From: Hydractinia symbiolongicarpus | Taxonomy: Eukaryota | NCBI RefSeq assembly: GCF_029227915.1 | Contig: NC_079879.1 | Span: forward strand, 27,379,095-27,443,094 | Direction of reading: 5' to 3' | Length of the DNA: 64,000 nt | Part shown: positions 1 to 12,500 of the stretch, in pieces | Layout of the letters: each line of letters starts with the position of its first letter | Numbering within the stretch: position 1 is the stretch's first letter | Notes under the pieces: model-generated | Database searches by the model: none | The model's input: the letters and a program-made list of their open reading frames with translations, nothing else | Told to the model about the DNA's origin: nothing | Made by a program: the position numbers and the translations under genes

Positions 1-879
1 ATTCTACTCTCAATAGGATGAATAAAAAAAAAAGTCCGGTCTGGTCAAAAATGTAAGATGTCCGGCGTAAATCCTGTCTGGTCGCATAAACAATTCATTG
101 TGAGTACGTATAAATATATTACAAGCCGTGGAATTAGAGATATATGTAACTATCACAGCAAACATAAAAACGTGGATAATATTAACTCCGGCTACGGACT
201 GCTTCTTTTTCCTTCCTTTGAGTGCAACGTAAGACAACTTGACGGACATACCGAACAACTAGCGCTTTCTCATATTTTATACGAAACTATAACAAGGAAA
301 TTACAAATGCAATCATACAGGTTATAAACATATATAAATTCATAGCATTAATCTACAGTGCTCTGCTTTTGACAGTGCGACGAAACTAACGTGCTTTCTA
401 ATCTACCCTAAACAACTAATTAATTTCTGCACGAGAACATCTACATTAAAATAATACCCAAAAACGTCTGTCACGCAAAACAGTACTGCAATGCGGTATA
501 AAAAGGACGCGTCACCAACTAGTTTCATTAAAAATACATTTGCTAAAAATTCGATTACTAGTAGCCCTTTAAAAAGTTGATTGACCAAAACATGCTCGCA
601 GATACGTCACAAACTTTAATATTTATAACACCATAGCGAATGTCATATTACGAACTATGAAACTTGAAAGCAAGAATAATCCTGTTTTACATTTTCACCG
701 CATTACGCATAAAAAGTGCAGAATAGTTTACGCACAGATTAAATTGCGCTGCTGCCAAAACAATTGATTGGTTGGTACTTACAAAAATTGCGCCTATGAA
801 TTGTCGAAAACAAGAACAGTAACTACATTGTCGCAAACTATAAATTCATTAAGGCGGCCGACAAATCGGGACAACACAG

Positions 880-1235
880 GTCGCAAACATTTGTTGGCCA
901 ACATGCTGTCTCAATTTGCGGTAGCTAGGAACATGTTGGCAAAAAAAAGGTACAGAATTATTTTTTTAATAAATGTTGGCCAAAATTATTGGTATGATTT
1001 GCTATACCCACCAGTATGTTGGCCAACAATTTGACAAAATTTTAAAATTTCGAACGTCTTTTCGAATACTTTATCATTTTCGAAAGTTCCTGTTTAAAAG
1101 TATATGATGTATGTGGGAAAAAAAAAGAAATATGTTGGTATGTTTACCAACATGTTCTCAATGTTTTTATACGGTATGACAAATCGTACCATGTTGGCTG
1201 ACATGTTGACAAAAATGTTGGCAAACATGTCTTGA
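880..1235. repeat. cluster of >=9 copies of TGTTGGC / palindromic (A)TGTTGGCCAACA(T) motif in 3' flank of RhoGAP gene
   Basis: Direct reading: tgttggccaacatg (891), acatgttggcaaaa (932), aatgttggccaaaa (972), atgttggccaacaa (1015), tatgttggtatg (1131), accaacatgttc (1149), ccatgttggctgacatgttgacaaaaatgttggcaaacatg (1189-1230). TGTTGGCCAACA is its own reverse complement. Confidence 0.6.
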
Positions 1236-1346
1236 TTTGCCATTGCAAAAATCGATGAATGCGATGAAACAAAACGAAACAAACCATTATCCTCAGATGT
1301 TTTACAAAACTCGAAAACCACATTTTATCGAAAAAATTTTAGTGAA

Positions 1347-2570
1347 TCAAAGCTTAGTATGCAACTCCGACACTGTTCGAGTGGTATACATTCGCACAAT
1401 ATCATCAGTGTGTGCCACGTGTACCGTGCCGTAAGATGATCTGATCTTCCGTTGATCATGCGAGAGAATAATAGCATTTTGAAAATCAATTGGACAGCAT
1501 TTCTGTAATGAATTACCTGGTTTTAATGGCTTTTTCGTTGATTCGTTAGCACTTTGTTCTTTTCGCCCGACATTGTCACCAAAAACCTTATCAAGGCTCG
1601 TGCTATTGCTGTCTTTAACAGACAAACACATCATTTTATCAAGATTATTAGTAATATCACTCAATGGTTGTTTTAAGTCATTATCAATAACCTTCTTGGA
1701 CACAGACTGCTTGGTTATATTGCAATGTTTTAAATTGAATGGTTTTCCAATGACAGGCATAGCTCGACTTTCCGACTTCATATCAAATTTTGACTTCAGG
1801 AATGTACTCCGATGTGGAGTTACAACGAAGTTCATTTCTTCGCTCTTCTTCCGAACACTTGGATATAATGTCTTTTTTATCACAGGAGTAGTTTTCTTAG
1901 GTGTATCGTTAAACGCAAAATTAACAATTCCCGAACTTTTCGCTTCTCCAAATGTGAAACTTATTGGACGATCTTTATGTCGTAATTGATTTAAATCCTT
2001 TTTGAAGTCCTTCGAGTCACATCGCAACGGACTTTCGCCTGTAAAGGACAACTTTCTAACATTATCATCATCTCCGTCAAAGGAAGTACGACGTTGTATA
2101 CTCGACAAACCTGGCGTGCTAACCGATTTTTTCAAAGCCTTTAAAGCTTTTCCACCCGGGAGGCGATAACTACGAAAAGCGTTGTGTCCTCTTTGTAAGG
2201 AACTACTGCTGTTTTTACGACTAAGTCTAGCGTCTGGTGTGCTAGGTTTCGCTTGTTTCGGTTTAAAGATTTCAACACTTCGCCTACGAAGTCTTTTGAG
2301 ACATTGCTTCATTCTAGCACCGGGAGTACTTGGTGTATTCGTCACATTACTACTGCTGCCAGATATCTCAACGCAATCATTGTTTTTTGGAGGCGTGGTA
2401 AAAGTTTTACGAGAACACTCCGGAGTGTTGAGAAACTCTCCATTATTTTGGCGTGATTTTGACATCTTGGGCGTGGACGGACACTTCCGTGAGTTTGACG
2501 CCTCTTCTGATTTTGAAGACGGAATTGGCGTCGACGGACAAAGGTGATTTCGATCTTCTTCAAGTTCTTT
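1347..2570 (-). CDS. terminal coding exon of RhoGAP (ARHGAP11A-like) gene: ~407-aa Ser/Lys-rich disordered tail with many S/T-P sites, stop at 1347-1349
   Basis: ORF-track 1347..2465 stays open upstream in frame to an AG acceptor (minus-strand ...aaactttag|AAAGAACTTGAAG, plus 2571-2573 = cta). It joins exon 2930..3094 at phase 0. A 408-codon open frame in AT-rich DNA is unlikely by chance. Confidence 0.55.
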   Translation of the reverse strand, partial: KELEEDRNHLCPSTPIPSSKSEEASNSRKCPSTPKMSKSRQNNGEFLNTPECSRKTFTTPPKNNDCVEISGSSSNVTNTPSTPGARMKQCLKRLRRRSVEIFKPKQAKPSTPDARLSRKNSSSSLQRGHNAFRSYRLPGGKALKALKKSVSTPGLSSIQRRTSFDGDDDNVRKLSFTGESPLRCDSKDFKKDLNQLRHKDRPISFTFGEAKSSGIVNFAFNDTPKKTTPVIKKTLYPSVRKKSEEMNFVVTPHRSTFLKSKFDMKSESRAMPVIGKPFNLKHCNITKQSVSKKVIDNDLKQPLSDITNNLDKMMCLSVKDSNSTSLDKVFGDNVGRKEQSANESTKKPLKPGNSLQKCCPIDFQNAIILSHDQRKIRSSYGTVHVAHTDDIVRMYTTRTVSELHTKL

Positions 2571-2929
2571 CTAAAGTTTTAAAAGCAACAAGAAATAAGA
2601 ATATTTAAAAGCTACTAAGTGGTTAATGATGTATTTTCTGTACCTTGACTGATTTTGGTACAAACAGTGGTGTTCCTGGATAACTTTGTTGAAACTAAAA
2701 CATAAAATATAAAACTCAAACCACCTAAGCGCATATTAGAAAAGAATACAATACACAAAATGAACCGCACAAGTTAAATTTATAATGATCACCTGGAAAA
2801 ACAATGTGAAATCTATCTGTTATTGATCAAACTCCAATTAATGTTAGATAATAAATAGTAATAGAATCTATTTTTAAATGTTCGCAACAGAACAAAATGT
2901 GTCACGTGAAGACAAAATAAAGTAAATAC

Positions 2930-3094
2930 TTTTTTGATAAATTCATTTTTGACAGGTCCATCTGGCATCTCCATCATCTGTGTATACAACATCATCAAAG
3001 CTTCGTTGGTATGATCTTTGGCTTCACGACGAAACTCTTTACTGTCGATTTGTTGACAAAACGTCTTCTTCATAGGAACTTCAGCGCTCTTCTC
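2930..3094 (-). CDS. internal coding exon (55 codons: EKSAEVPMKKTFCQQIDSKEFRREAKDHTNEALMMLYTQMMEMPDGPVKNEFIKK)
   Basis: Minus-strand acceptor tttgtttcctgcag|GAGAAG and donor AAAAAA|gtatttac. Both junctions are phase 0 and join in frame to the terminal exon. Confidence 0.45.
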
Positions 3095-5037
3095 CTGCAG
3101 GAAACAAAACAATTTACTTTTTTAGTACAAAAGTAGAAGAAAATAGAGAATTCAATTTTATTTTCCAATTTCCCGACCTTAACAGCATTCCTAGAGTTAC
3201 AAATTATACAGTGATGTAGGTATCAGCTGATGTCAGCAGTGTGGATCTCTCAATAAATCAAGTCATGTAAACAAACAAGACAACACATAAACAAGGAGAG
3301 GACAAAATCAATCACAGATGCAGATGAAGTACATTTATGTTGTTTACCCAAGTTAAACCAAGTTTAAAATAAATTTTAAACTTTAAAGTTACGAAATATT
3401 TTGTTTATTTAGCTAACCAGTATTTACACATCTTCAGGAAGCTAACCCTAACCCTATCCCTGTTAATACAGACGGTTTTGCTGAATATAAATATGTGTTT
3501 CTTTTGTTTTGTTATATAAAAAGCTAGACAGCCTCGTGGTTTGCTCGCACGTGTTTGTCATTTTCCTTCTCTGGAGGGAAATTGCTGTTGTCGTGGGTAA
3601 CGCACATTTTTTTTTTCAACAACTCTTTCCTTTTTTATAAAAAAAAACTTGTTCTCAAGATATAAAAAAATCAACAAGAATCAAAATAGCACCAATAACT
3701 GTAACATGAAATTGCTTGAGAAGTTGGGAAGTAGAAAATAATTTTTTAAAGGTCATCCAAAATTTACACACAAACCATTCCGCTTTTTTCTCATCGAAAT
3801 CAAGGAAAATAACTTAGGAATTGTTCACGTTTTTTTGCAATGTCACAAATCCCCGCATATTGGTGAGCAAAACAAAAGTAATCATGACAGCAAAATTCTA
3901 TTTGTAATATATTTTTTTACAGTAAAGTATACTAAGTGTTTTTGATGTTAAAACAGTTTAAACATGTTTCTTCTTCACCATACTTCTATCTATGTAACTC
4001 CAGTGATAAAACATATTTTGATGACTTCGGTAATATGCAAAGTGTTTTGGGCTTGTAAGGAATTTGTGGATTTTTCATGATATATAGCAGATATGGTTGT
4101 TTTATCTTTTGGTTACAATACCTTTCTTCTAGAATGCCAAATAGTTTTTCATTTATATTGTAAATAACATTTCGAAATCTTGGTCCTATATCAAATATTC
4201 GTAATCTGCTGAATCCTTTTTCAGTATAACCCAAAATTTCATCGTAAAAATTTCTAGAAATCGTTCTAGTTGTTATAAACAACATGTAAAAACTAATCTG
4301 AGATTTTTAGTTTATGATTTTTAAAATAATGGGTGATTTGACACATTGATACATTCACACTGTAACTCAATCTGTTCCTACAATTTGTAGGAATTAATAC
4401 CTTGTCCAATGCAATTTTGAATAAATATTCTTTCGCTTCTTCAAAAAAATCAGGAGGTATCTATAAATATCAAGGTAAAATAATACATAACGAACAATAA
4501 TAAACAACTGAAAAACCGAAATAACAAAAAACATCACAATATAAAAAGATCATCAATGTAACAAAATTTCACAACATTTTTTTCAACGTTTTTTTCAAAA
4601 AACAAAAGTATTTTCTATGAATTTTGAAATTTCCATAGCATAATACATTAAAGCAACAACACATAAAAAATCCAGACCTGAAAAACTTCTTTTGCATTCT
4701 CTATCACAAATCTTACCAAGTCGGTAAAAGGTTCAACATTTTCGGTAAATTCTGATAAGCTATCCATTGGCTAGAATACACAAATTTACACTTAGTTCTA
4801 TGCTTATAACACAGAATTTTAATGCATTTACGACTTTCGCAACATTTTTGGAACTTTTTTACATTAATTATTTAAATACATTGTATTGTTTTATTATAGC
4901 TGGGAAAATGTTATGTAGATAAAAGAGGGACTTACGTGGAATCACAAAACCAAATTTAATTTAACAGCAAAGTGCCCTAACTGATTTCATAAAATAATAA
5001 CAGAGAACACATACGTTTAATGAATTTTTCGTATTAC

Positions 5038-5234
5038 CTGTCTAGTGTAAACAATATTTGGTGCAAAAACAACCCCCAGATTGTAAGATGTCATTTTATT
5101 TGAAGTATGCTCAGCAACAACAGAAAGAAGTTCAATAAGCTCCTTTAATAACAATCGACTCAAAGGAGGTAGCAAAAGAAACAAAAACTTCAATGTCTCT
5201 ATCTTCCGGTTTTTCGCAGAAACGTTATCCATTT
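5038..5234 (-). CDS. RhoGAP-domain exon (C-terminal part: LLPPLSRLLLKELIELLSVVAEHTSNKMTSYNLGVVFAPNIVYTRQ)
   Basis: Carries the RhoGAP signature LP..N..LL..L..FL..V...S..NKM...NLA.VF.PN. Acceptor ttttttgcctttttag|AAATGG and donor CAG|gtaata. Phase 1 in and phase 0 out, consistent with the upstream exon. Very close to human ARHGAP11A ...ENKMDSSNLAVIFAPNLL. Confidence 0.7.
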
Positions 5235-6134
5235 CTAAAAAGGCAAAAAAGATGTGAAAAGTATGCACAAAACAAACTTCATTTGTCACTGAATGACTAC
5301 ACTGATTAAGCTATGCTGAATGTTGATAACATAAGATGAGTTATGGTGCAGTTAGGGTTAAATCTACTTTTTCTGTTTGTTGTTAGATTGCTTCTTTTGC
5401 TTATACAGGGTAGAACATAAAATAAGGTACAAACAACGATCACCCAGATTTTTCAAACAAGGATTCTAAATTACTAAGTTTAGCACAGGTATGATCGCCA
5501 GATTTGTAAATGTTATGATATATATGAAAACCACCTTCTTGAACTGACAAGTCGAAGGAACATTTTGACATATATCTAATGTCATATTTTGCATTCTTAA
5601 AAATGATATCGATGGCCTTCTTAAGATTGTAAAGATTTTGGACAGTTTCCATTTAGCAATTATGAAATCTGATTGATTTTTCTTTTATAAAATCCTTCTA
5701 TTTATATTTAGAAAGTGTTTCATCTATATATGGGGCACCGAAATATCAAAAAATAACAGGGTTGCCCTCACAACTGCTGGTGACAAGGGACAATAATAAT
5801 TCTTATGATCGTTCGATTTTCAAGCATAGTAAATGCACAATGTGTGAAGGTTTCTTCGGGAACATTTTTGGGTGGATGTTTTGCCAGTCAACACCTTGTT
5901 TTTTCATTACAAGTCACAATTGCAAGCAACTGTTTTTATCTTCTAATTTTCCGCATTTTATCCGCTTACTTTAATTTAACTTTGAAAGAGGCTTTACTAT
6001 ACTGTCACTGTAATTAAAAATAATTCATAAGTATTATTAATATTATAGAATTAAAAAATTAGTAGCTGATACTACCTCTTTATTTTTTTTCCAATCTAGC
6101 TAAACTACAACCACTGACTAACCTTTGAGTTTAC

Positions 6135-6350
6135 CTGCAAGTTGCTGGTAACAGTCATACAATTGTTTCGTAAGCAGTGGTTCAGGTAGTGCACCAAAAA
6201 ATTGTTTTAAGATACCAGAGATGTCATGTGGATTGTATGTTGAGTCGTCACAATTCAAGTTAAGCTTACCACCTTTATTGAGAATGTGTTTTAATTCTTC
6301 CTGTCGTTTTTTATTTCCAGAAATACGAAATAGTCCCTCTGTTCCAGCAT
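6135..6350 (-). CDS. RhoGAP-domain exon (HAGTEGLFRISGNKKRQEELKHILNKGG...HDISGILKQFFGALPEPLLTKQLYDCYQQLAG)
   Basis: Minus-strand translation contains GLFRISG (arginine-finger region) and LKQFFxxLPEPLL, the core RhoGAP motifs. Compare ARHGAP11A HTEGLFRKSG...DIAGLLKQFFRELPEPIL. Acceptor tttttttcatttag|ATGCTGG and donor GCAG|gtaaac. 216 bp, phase 1 in and phase 1 out. Confidence 0.75.
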
Positions 6351-6452
6351 CTAAATGAAAAAAACATTTCGTAAAACAATTTAAACAAGAATTTTAAAGT
6401 CCTTCTTAAATCTAATAAAAATTGTATATAAATTGTAAGGTAGTTGACATAC

Positions 6453-6533
6453 GTAATTTCAAATGATTAATCAGCTGGATAACAAATTCAACAGTACTTT
6501 CAGATATCATTTGTCCAAAGACATGTGGTGTTT
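6453..6533 (-). CDS. RhoGAP-domain first exon fragment (TPHVFGQMISESTVEFVIQLINHLKL)
   Basis: Acceptor gattttag|AAACACC and donor TTAC|gtatgtca. The out-phase of 1 fits the next exon (c+at = His before AGTEGLFR). VFG... is the usual start of a RhoGAP domain. Confidence 0.45.
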
Positions 6534-6660
6534 CTAAAATCAAAATAGAAACAGACCTAGAATTCATAGAGGTCATTTATGCTTGCATTAAAGACAAGTT
6601 TTTTGAGGAATATTTGAGTAGTTGCGTGATGATTCACACGTTCAAATCAAGTAACGCATG

Positions 6661-7640
6661 CAATGTAAAACGCACGTACAAAGGATGTTACACGTGCGAT
6701 ACGGGCTCCGAGGTTAATCTTTGTTGCCCATTTATTTTGCGGTAGAAAAGCGGGGGACGTTTTAAATCGTGAACCCCAAATACAATGATCGAGCGTCTAT
6801 GTACAGGCCATTTCGGTGGAGGCGTGCGTTTGAACGTGCACGGCCCCACACACGTGTAGTTTTGTTTAGGAGTGCGATTCATCGCACGCGCAAAACGTGT
6901 CTGTAATTAAAAATTATTGTATTTATAACAAGAACATTTATTAAATAAACCTTAAAAATAAACGATCATTCTTTTACTGAACTCTAAAAATAAACAATCA
7001 TTCTTTTACTGAACTCACAATAGATCGCACAATTTAATTGCTACCATTTACCAGCTACCAGGCTATATTAAGGCTTTCCGAGTTTTATTTTAATGATTTT
7101 ATAAAAAAATGCAACAGTATTTTAATCTTTGTAAGGTCGCCTTTTGAAGAATTTAAAAGAAATTCAGCATTATTTAAGTTAAAATAACTAAAAGATAATA
7201 TCATTAATAAGAAAAAAAACTTCTTTAATAACGAAATATTCTTTTAGATAATAATTTTTATGATTCATCGAAGGTTTATTAAATATTATTATTAGCGGCC
7301 GTTCGACTTTCCGTAATTTAATTTAATTTAAATATCTGTTTGCCCCACAAGTAATAACAATAAATAACAAGTAATAATAATGCTTACGACTTCTTCGTAT
7401 TCGGGTTGAAATTCCTTGCCGTACATTGTTGGAACTTGCACTTTGTATGTTCCTTACGCCAAAACAGCAGCCCCTGTGCAGTGTACAGGGGTAAAGGAAA
7501 TGTTTTTGTAAAAAATTTTTTTTTTGATCGCACGCGCAGAATTTTTGAGGCGTGTGATCTACCGCACGCCTGCCTAAATTCTTACGAAATGGCCTGTATG
7601 TATAGCGACTCCCTCAATCTTAACTTCCTTTTCTACATGT
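6661..7640. repeat. foldback structure: GC-rich ~120-bp repeat copies in inverted orientation (6788..6900 vs 7520..7640) around an AT-rich core; member of the GGCC..TTTC..G MITE-like family
   Basis: gagcgtctatgtacaggccatttcgg...gcgtgcg (6790-) matches the reverse complement of cgcacgcctgcctaaattcttacgaaatggcctgtatgtatagcgactc (7570-7635). Shared gatcgcacgcg / gcgtgcgat motifs. A near-palindrome cccctgtgcagtgtacagggg lies at 7461. Confidence 0.45.
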
Positions 7641-8827
7641 CCGAAATAGTATGCATGACTATACTGTCATTTTCATAAATTTATTGTTTATTTTTCATGT
7701 CATCACAAGCAAATAGTCAAATATATGCTTCGCTTGGGTTTCGTTTTTAAAATTGTTTGAACAAAAATAAAACTTAAATTAAATTTGGACCTGCTATGGT
7801 TTTTAATTGTTTTGTGAAATGAAGAATTAAAGAACAATTAAATCCATGATAAAATGTCTGTTCCGCCTGTAAGTGCAGCTTTGCAAACTTGCTTTATCTG
7901 TGCTCCGTCGGCGTTCACCTCCACATTAGTTAAGAACCGCATGGCCGGGTTTCTTATGTAAGACCTGGTTACCAACGACGAAGGGGTCAGGCAAGAGAGA
8001 TATTTATGTCTACGTAGTTCTTTTAACTAATTCAGAAGTCGGTGAATTAGATAGGACGGTTATGAATAGGCTTGCTCTTCGATTAAAAGGACCAGAACTA
8101 TTCAATAATTCTGAGATTTAAATGTCCAACCAAGGCGGGAATGTGGCGGACATTTTGTCTGAAGAGTCTCCAAAAATTATTTTAAGGACTTCTATCGCAT
8201 GCTACAAAATGGATTTTATAGGATGATTTTCAAAACTCAATATTTATTTTCAGGCTTATTTAATCACGCCTGAAACGATTTAGGCGTGTGCGTGCGATTG
8301 CACATCCTACTGAAAAGGCCCGTAAAGACAGTAAGGATCCCTTAAAATGCAAACATTGGATAGGGGACTCTTTATAGTATTTTTTTTAAATGTTTTCTAA
8401 TTAAATTTAGGAAATGTTTTTCCTAATATTCTTTAAAATGAGAATAAACTATTGGTAAACAGTTAGGCTTCAATTATAGATTTATATTTATCGTTATGAA
8501 CATTAATTTTTCAAATTTCCATGGAAAAAGGGGTACCGTTTGATGCCATAAAAGTGTAAATCAAGATACCTGACTAAATAAATTATGGCACAAAACTGGC
8601 ACAGTCTTGAGTAATTTGGAGACATTTTCCCAAAAATGTTAAAATTTATGATGTCATGTTTACGATGGCACCGAAGGGTCACACTTCCATACAAAAAAAT
8701 TGAGACTTCTATTCAAAAAATTTAGACTTCTGTTTAAAAAAAAAAAATAAAAACTTCTATAAAAATAATTGAAATACCTATCATTGAAAAAAATGCAAAC
8801 TTTCATTCATAATAATTCCTGAAATAC

Positions 8828-9169
8828 TTGTCATCAGATGAAAGTCAATTGGTGACAGAAACTATTGGTAAAAACGAAGGCAAGAATGTTATACACAGTG
8901 ATGAATTTGCTGAAATTTTGGAACAATTTAAATGTAAAACTGTAGTAACAGAATCAAATGTGAAATCAGTTATCATTGAGATAGCTTGCCAAGAACTTGT
9001 ACAGAAAAGTCACATTATAGCCTCATGTTGGGAAGTTGCCTTTTCAGAGCTTAAAAAGAAGCCAGAATTTTCATCCATGGAGAATATTCAACCACAAAAA
9101 ACGTTGAAGCCTTGTTCAAAAATGTCCATACAAGTACCAGTGCTGAACAAGACTAATTCAATTATTTAA
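8828..9169 (+). CDS. 113-aa ORF of unknown function (possible exon or remnant) ending immediately at the LINE 5' boundary
   Basis: Open reading frame only. No recognisable domain and only a weak splice context (tacttgtcatcag|). Confidence 0.2.
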   Translation: MSSDESQLVTETIGKNEGKNVIHSDEFAEILEQFKCKTVVTESNVKSVIIEIACQELVQKSHIIASCWEVAFSELKKKPEFSSMENIQPQKTLKPCSKMSIQVPVLNKTNSII

Positions 9170-9541
9170 ACGGTATGGGTGAAGGGTCTCCTTTGGGTGA
9201 AGGGTCTCCTTAAGAGACAAGAGAGGAGTTGAATGTCCTCCACCATACCTTAGTTTAAAGGGGCGATTGTGGAAGTCCCATGAAATGCCACATAGTGATG
9301 GTGTCACTTTAAAAAACACCCAGTCCGGTCTGTGAACGGTTGGCGCTAGGAAGGGCATCCAGCTGTAAAACAATGCCAAAACTCTTTATTAATAGCCGTA
9401 AGAATAGTTAATCAGACAAACTGCGTAAACGGGGCTGGAACTCTAAGGAGTGAAGGTGTCGCGCACGGTAGGACAGATGTCAGATGTGAGCATCGTCAGA
9501 CCGTTAGCCAGCTATCACATCACAAGGTAGATAACACTAGG

Positions 9542-12500
9542 TTGAGGATGGCTAGTGTAAATGTTGGTACTCTGAGAGGTAGAGCAGGTGAAGTAGTTGA
9601 AATGTTAGAATGTAGATTTGTTGACATGTGTTGTGTTCAGGAAGTTAGGTGGAGAGGAGCTTCAGTGAGATTTATGGAAGGTAGGAAGGCAAGGTATAAG
9701 CTTTTTTGGATTGGTAATAGTGATGGATATGGAGGAGTTGGCATATTCGTTGCAGAGAAGTGGGTAGAAAAAGTAATAGATGTTATGCGTGTTAATAGTC
9801 GTATTATAGTGATAAAGTTTTTGATAGGTAATAGGATTGTCACTTTTTTGTCAGTTTATGCTCCACAGTGTGGACTCAGTGAGGAAGATAAAGATAAGTT
9901 TTATGATGAGTTAATAGCAGTCACATCAAAGTTTGGAGACACTGAACTTGTCATGGTGGGCGGCGACTTTAATGGTCATGTTGGGAAGTCATCTGAAGGT
10001 TATAGAGGTGTGCATGGAGGCTATGGATTTGGGAGCAGAAATAAGGAAGGGGAGAGATTGCTTGAGTTTGGAATGGCAACGGACATGGTGGTTTGCAACA
10101 CATCATTCAGTAAGAGACAGAGTAGGCTGATAACATATGAGTCAGGTGGTTGTAAGACACAGATAGATTACTTTTTGGTTAGAAAGTCAGACAAGAAAGT
10201 GGTGAAGGACGTGAAAGTTATATCGGGGGAAGAGTGTGTTTCCCAGCATAGGTTGCTGGTTTGTGATATTATCTTGAAGAGTGTCAGAGAAGCCAAGGGA
10301 AAGTAAAGGCCCCGTCGAAAAGTCTGGAAGCTGAAGGAAGAGATTGTAGCAAGACAATTTAGTGCAAAAGTTCAGCAGTTAGCCTACAATAGTCAATGTG
10401 ATAGTGACAATGTTGAAAGTACTTGGACTACTTTGAAGAATTGTCTTCTAGAAGCTTCTGATGATACCTGTGGGTGGACAAAAGGACCAGCTAGACATAG
10501 ACAGACCTGGTGGTGGAATAATGAGGTTGACCAGTGTATAAAGGAAAAGAGGAAACTTTGGAAAGAGTGGAAGTCAGGTGGTAGTAAAAATATTTACTTA
10601 GAAGCTAAGCGTCGAGCTCGTACAGCAGTGTGTAAGGCAAAATCAGAAGCAGAGAGAAACAGATTTGCAGATGTGTTAAGAAGGGAAGACCAGCGCAATG
10701 AGGTATTCAAGATAGCAAAGCAAATGAAGAAGACTAATCAAGATATTGTAGGTGAGAAGTGTATACGTAATGATGAAGGTGTTTTGGCTAGCACAGAGGA
10801 GGAGAAAAGGGTAGCTTGGAAGAATCATTATCAGAGGTTGCTTAACACTGAGTTTGATTGGGACGAGGGTAATTTGTCTGATGATGATGTCGTAGAAGGG
10901 CCAGCCATGCAGATCAAGACAGAATGGGTAGTGGAGGCTATTAGGAAAATGAAGATTGGCAAGGCTGCAGGAGTATCAGGTATTGTTGCAGAGATGGTAA
11001 AAGCATCTGGATATATTGGAGTTAAGCTTATTACAAGTCTTGCTAACCAGATTATAAGGGATGGTGCTATTCCGAGTGAGTGGCAGTCGAGTGTAATAGT
11101 GAATTGTTTCAAGGGCAAGGGTGATGCATTAGAAAGGGGTAACTATAGAGGTTTGAAGTTGGTTGATCAAGTAATGAAAGTTATTGAAAGAGTGATTGAT
11201 AAGTTACTTAGAGAAAGAATTGATATAGATAAGATGCAATTTGGTTTTGTTCCAGGGCGTGGCACTACAGATGCAATATTTTTACTCAGACAGCTTCAGG
11301 AAAAGTATTTAGGAAAGAAAAAGAATCTCTATTTTGCCTTTGTAGATTTAGAGAAGCTTTTGATAGAGTACCACGTAAAGTTATTTGGTGGGCTATGAGA
11401 AAAATAGGTGTGGATGAGTGGCTAGTTACGATGGTTCAGTCTATGTACAGCAATGCTAGAAGTCGTGTCAGGATTAACGATTCACTTATCACTTAGTGAT
11501 GAATTTAGTGTAAATGTTGGTGTACATCAGGGTTCTGTACTTAGTCCTTTGTTGTTTATTCTAGTCTTAGAAGCGCTGTCGATGAATTTCAGAACAGGTT
11601 GTCCATGGGAGTTATTGTATGCAGATGATTTGGTTCTCATAGCAGAGTCGATGGAAGAATTAGTTGAAAAGTTTGAGAAGTGGAAGAAAGGACTAGAAGA
11701 AAAAGGGCTGAAGGTAAACACAGCAAAGTCTAAAGTCATGATAAGTAGCATTGCAGCCAAGTGTGACCTTGTAGTTGGAAAGTGGCCTTGTGGAGTTTGC
11801 AGGAAAGGGGTTGGTAGTAACTCAATTTTTTGTCAGACTTGCAAGCATTGGGTACATAAGAAGTGCAGTAGTATTAGTGGAAGGTTAAGAGCTGGCATAC
11901 AGTTTGTATGCAAACGTTGCAAAGGTGAGATTATAGAGAATGAAGTATTTCCAGCTTTAATGATGTACAACAGTGGCTCGTTAGAGATAGTTAAGAACTT
12001 CTGTTACTTAGGTGATATGTTGGGCAGTGAAGGGGGTGTTGGAAGAAGTGTTACTTGCAGGATAGGTTCTGCTTGGAAAAAGTTTAGAGAGTTACTTCCT
12101 TTATTGACTAGCAGAGTCCTGTCAATTGAGGTAAAAGGTAGGTTGTATGAGGCCTGTGTAAGAAGTGTTATGTTGTACGGTAGTGAGACATGGGCAGTGA
12201 AGCAGGAAGATCTTGACCGTTTAGAAAGGAATGATATGAGAATGGTTAGGTGGATGTGTAATGCCAGTCTGAGAGACAGAAAGAGTTCAGATGAGCTAAG
12301 AAGCAGGCTAAGTCTCTGTAGAATTAAAGATGTTATCCAGATAAGAAGATTGAATTGGCTGGGGCACTTGGAAAGAATGGAGGAGGATAATTGGGTAAGA
12401 AAGTGTAGAGACTTGATAGTTCCTGGGGCAAAGCCCAGAGGCAGACCGAGAAAGACTTGGCAGGAGGTTATAAGGACAGACTTGATAGAGAGGAAGTTGA

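Noticed and set aside
3986-4285. 99-aa minus-strand ORF (…NFYDEILGYTEKGFSRLRIFDIG…) that could be a further exon of the RhoGAP gene
   Set aside because: It has no recognisable motif and I could not establish phase-consistent splice sites. It is left uncalled.
5440-5652. 70-aa minus-strand ORF between RhoGAP exons
   Set aside because: Skipping it preserves RhoGAP domain continuity and correct motif spacing (35 aa between LPEPLL and LPPLSR), and it has no good splice sites. It is most likely intronic.
10831-11118. Antisense ORFs inside the LINE (also 9637..9843, 11527..11760, 12004..12573, 37471..37698)
   Set aside because: They lie opposite a well-supported APE-RT reading frame. This is typical of antisense noise in a conserved coding sequence.
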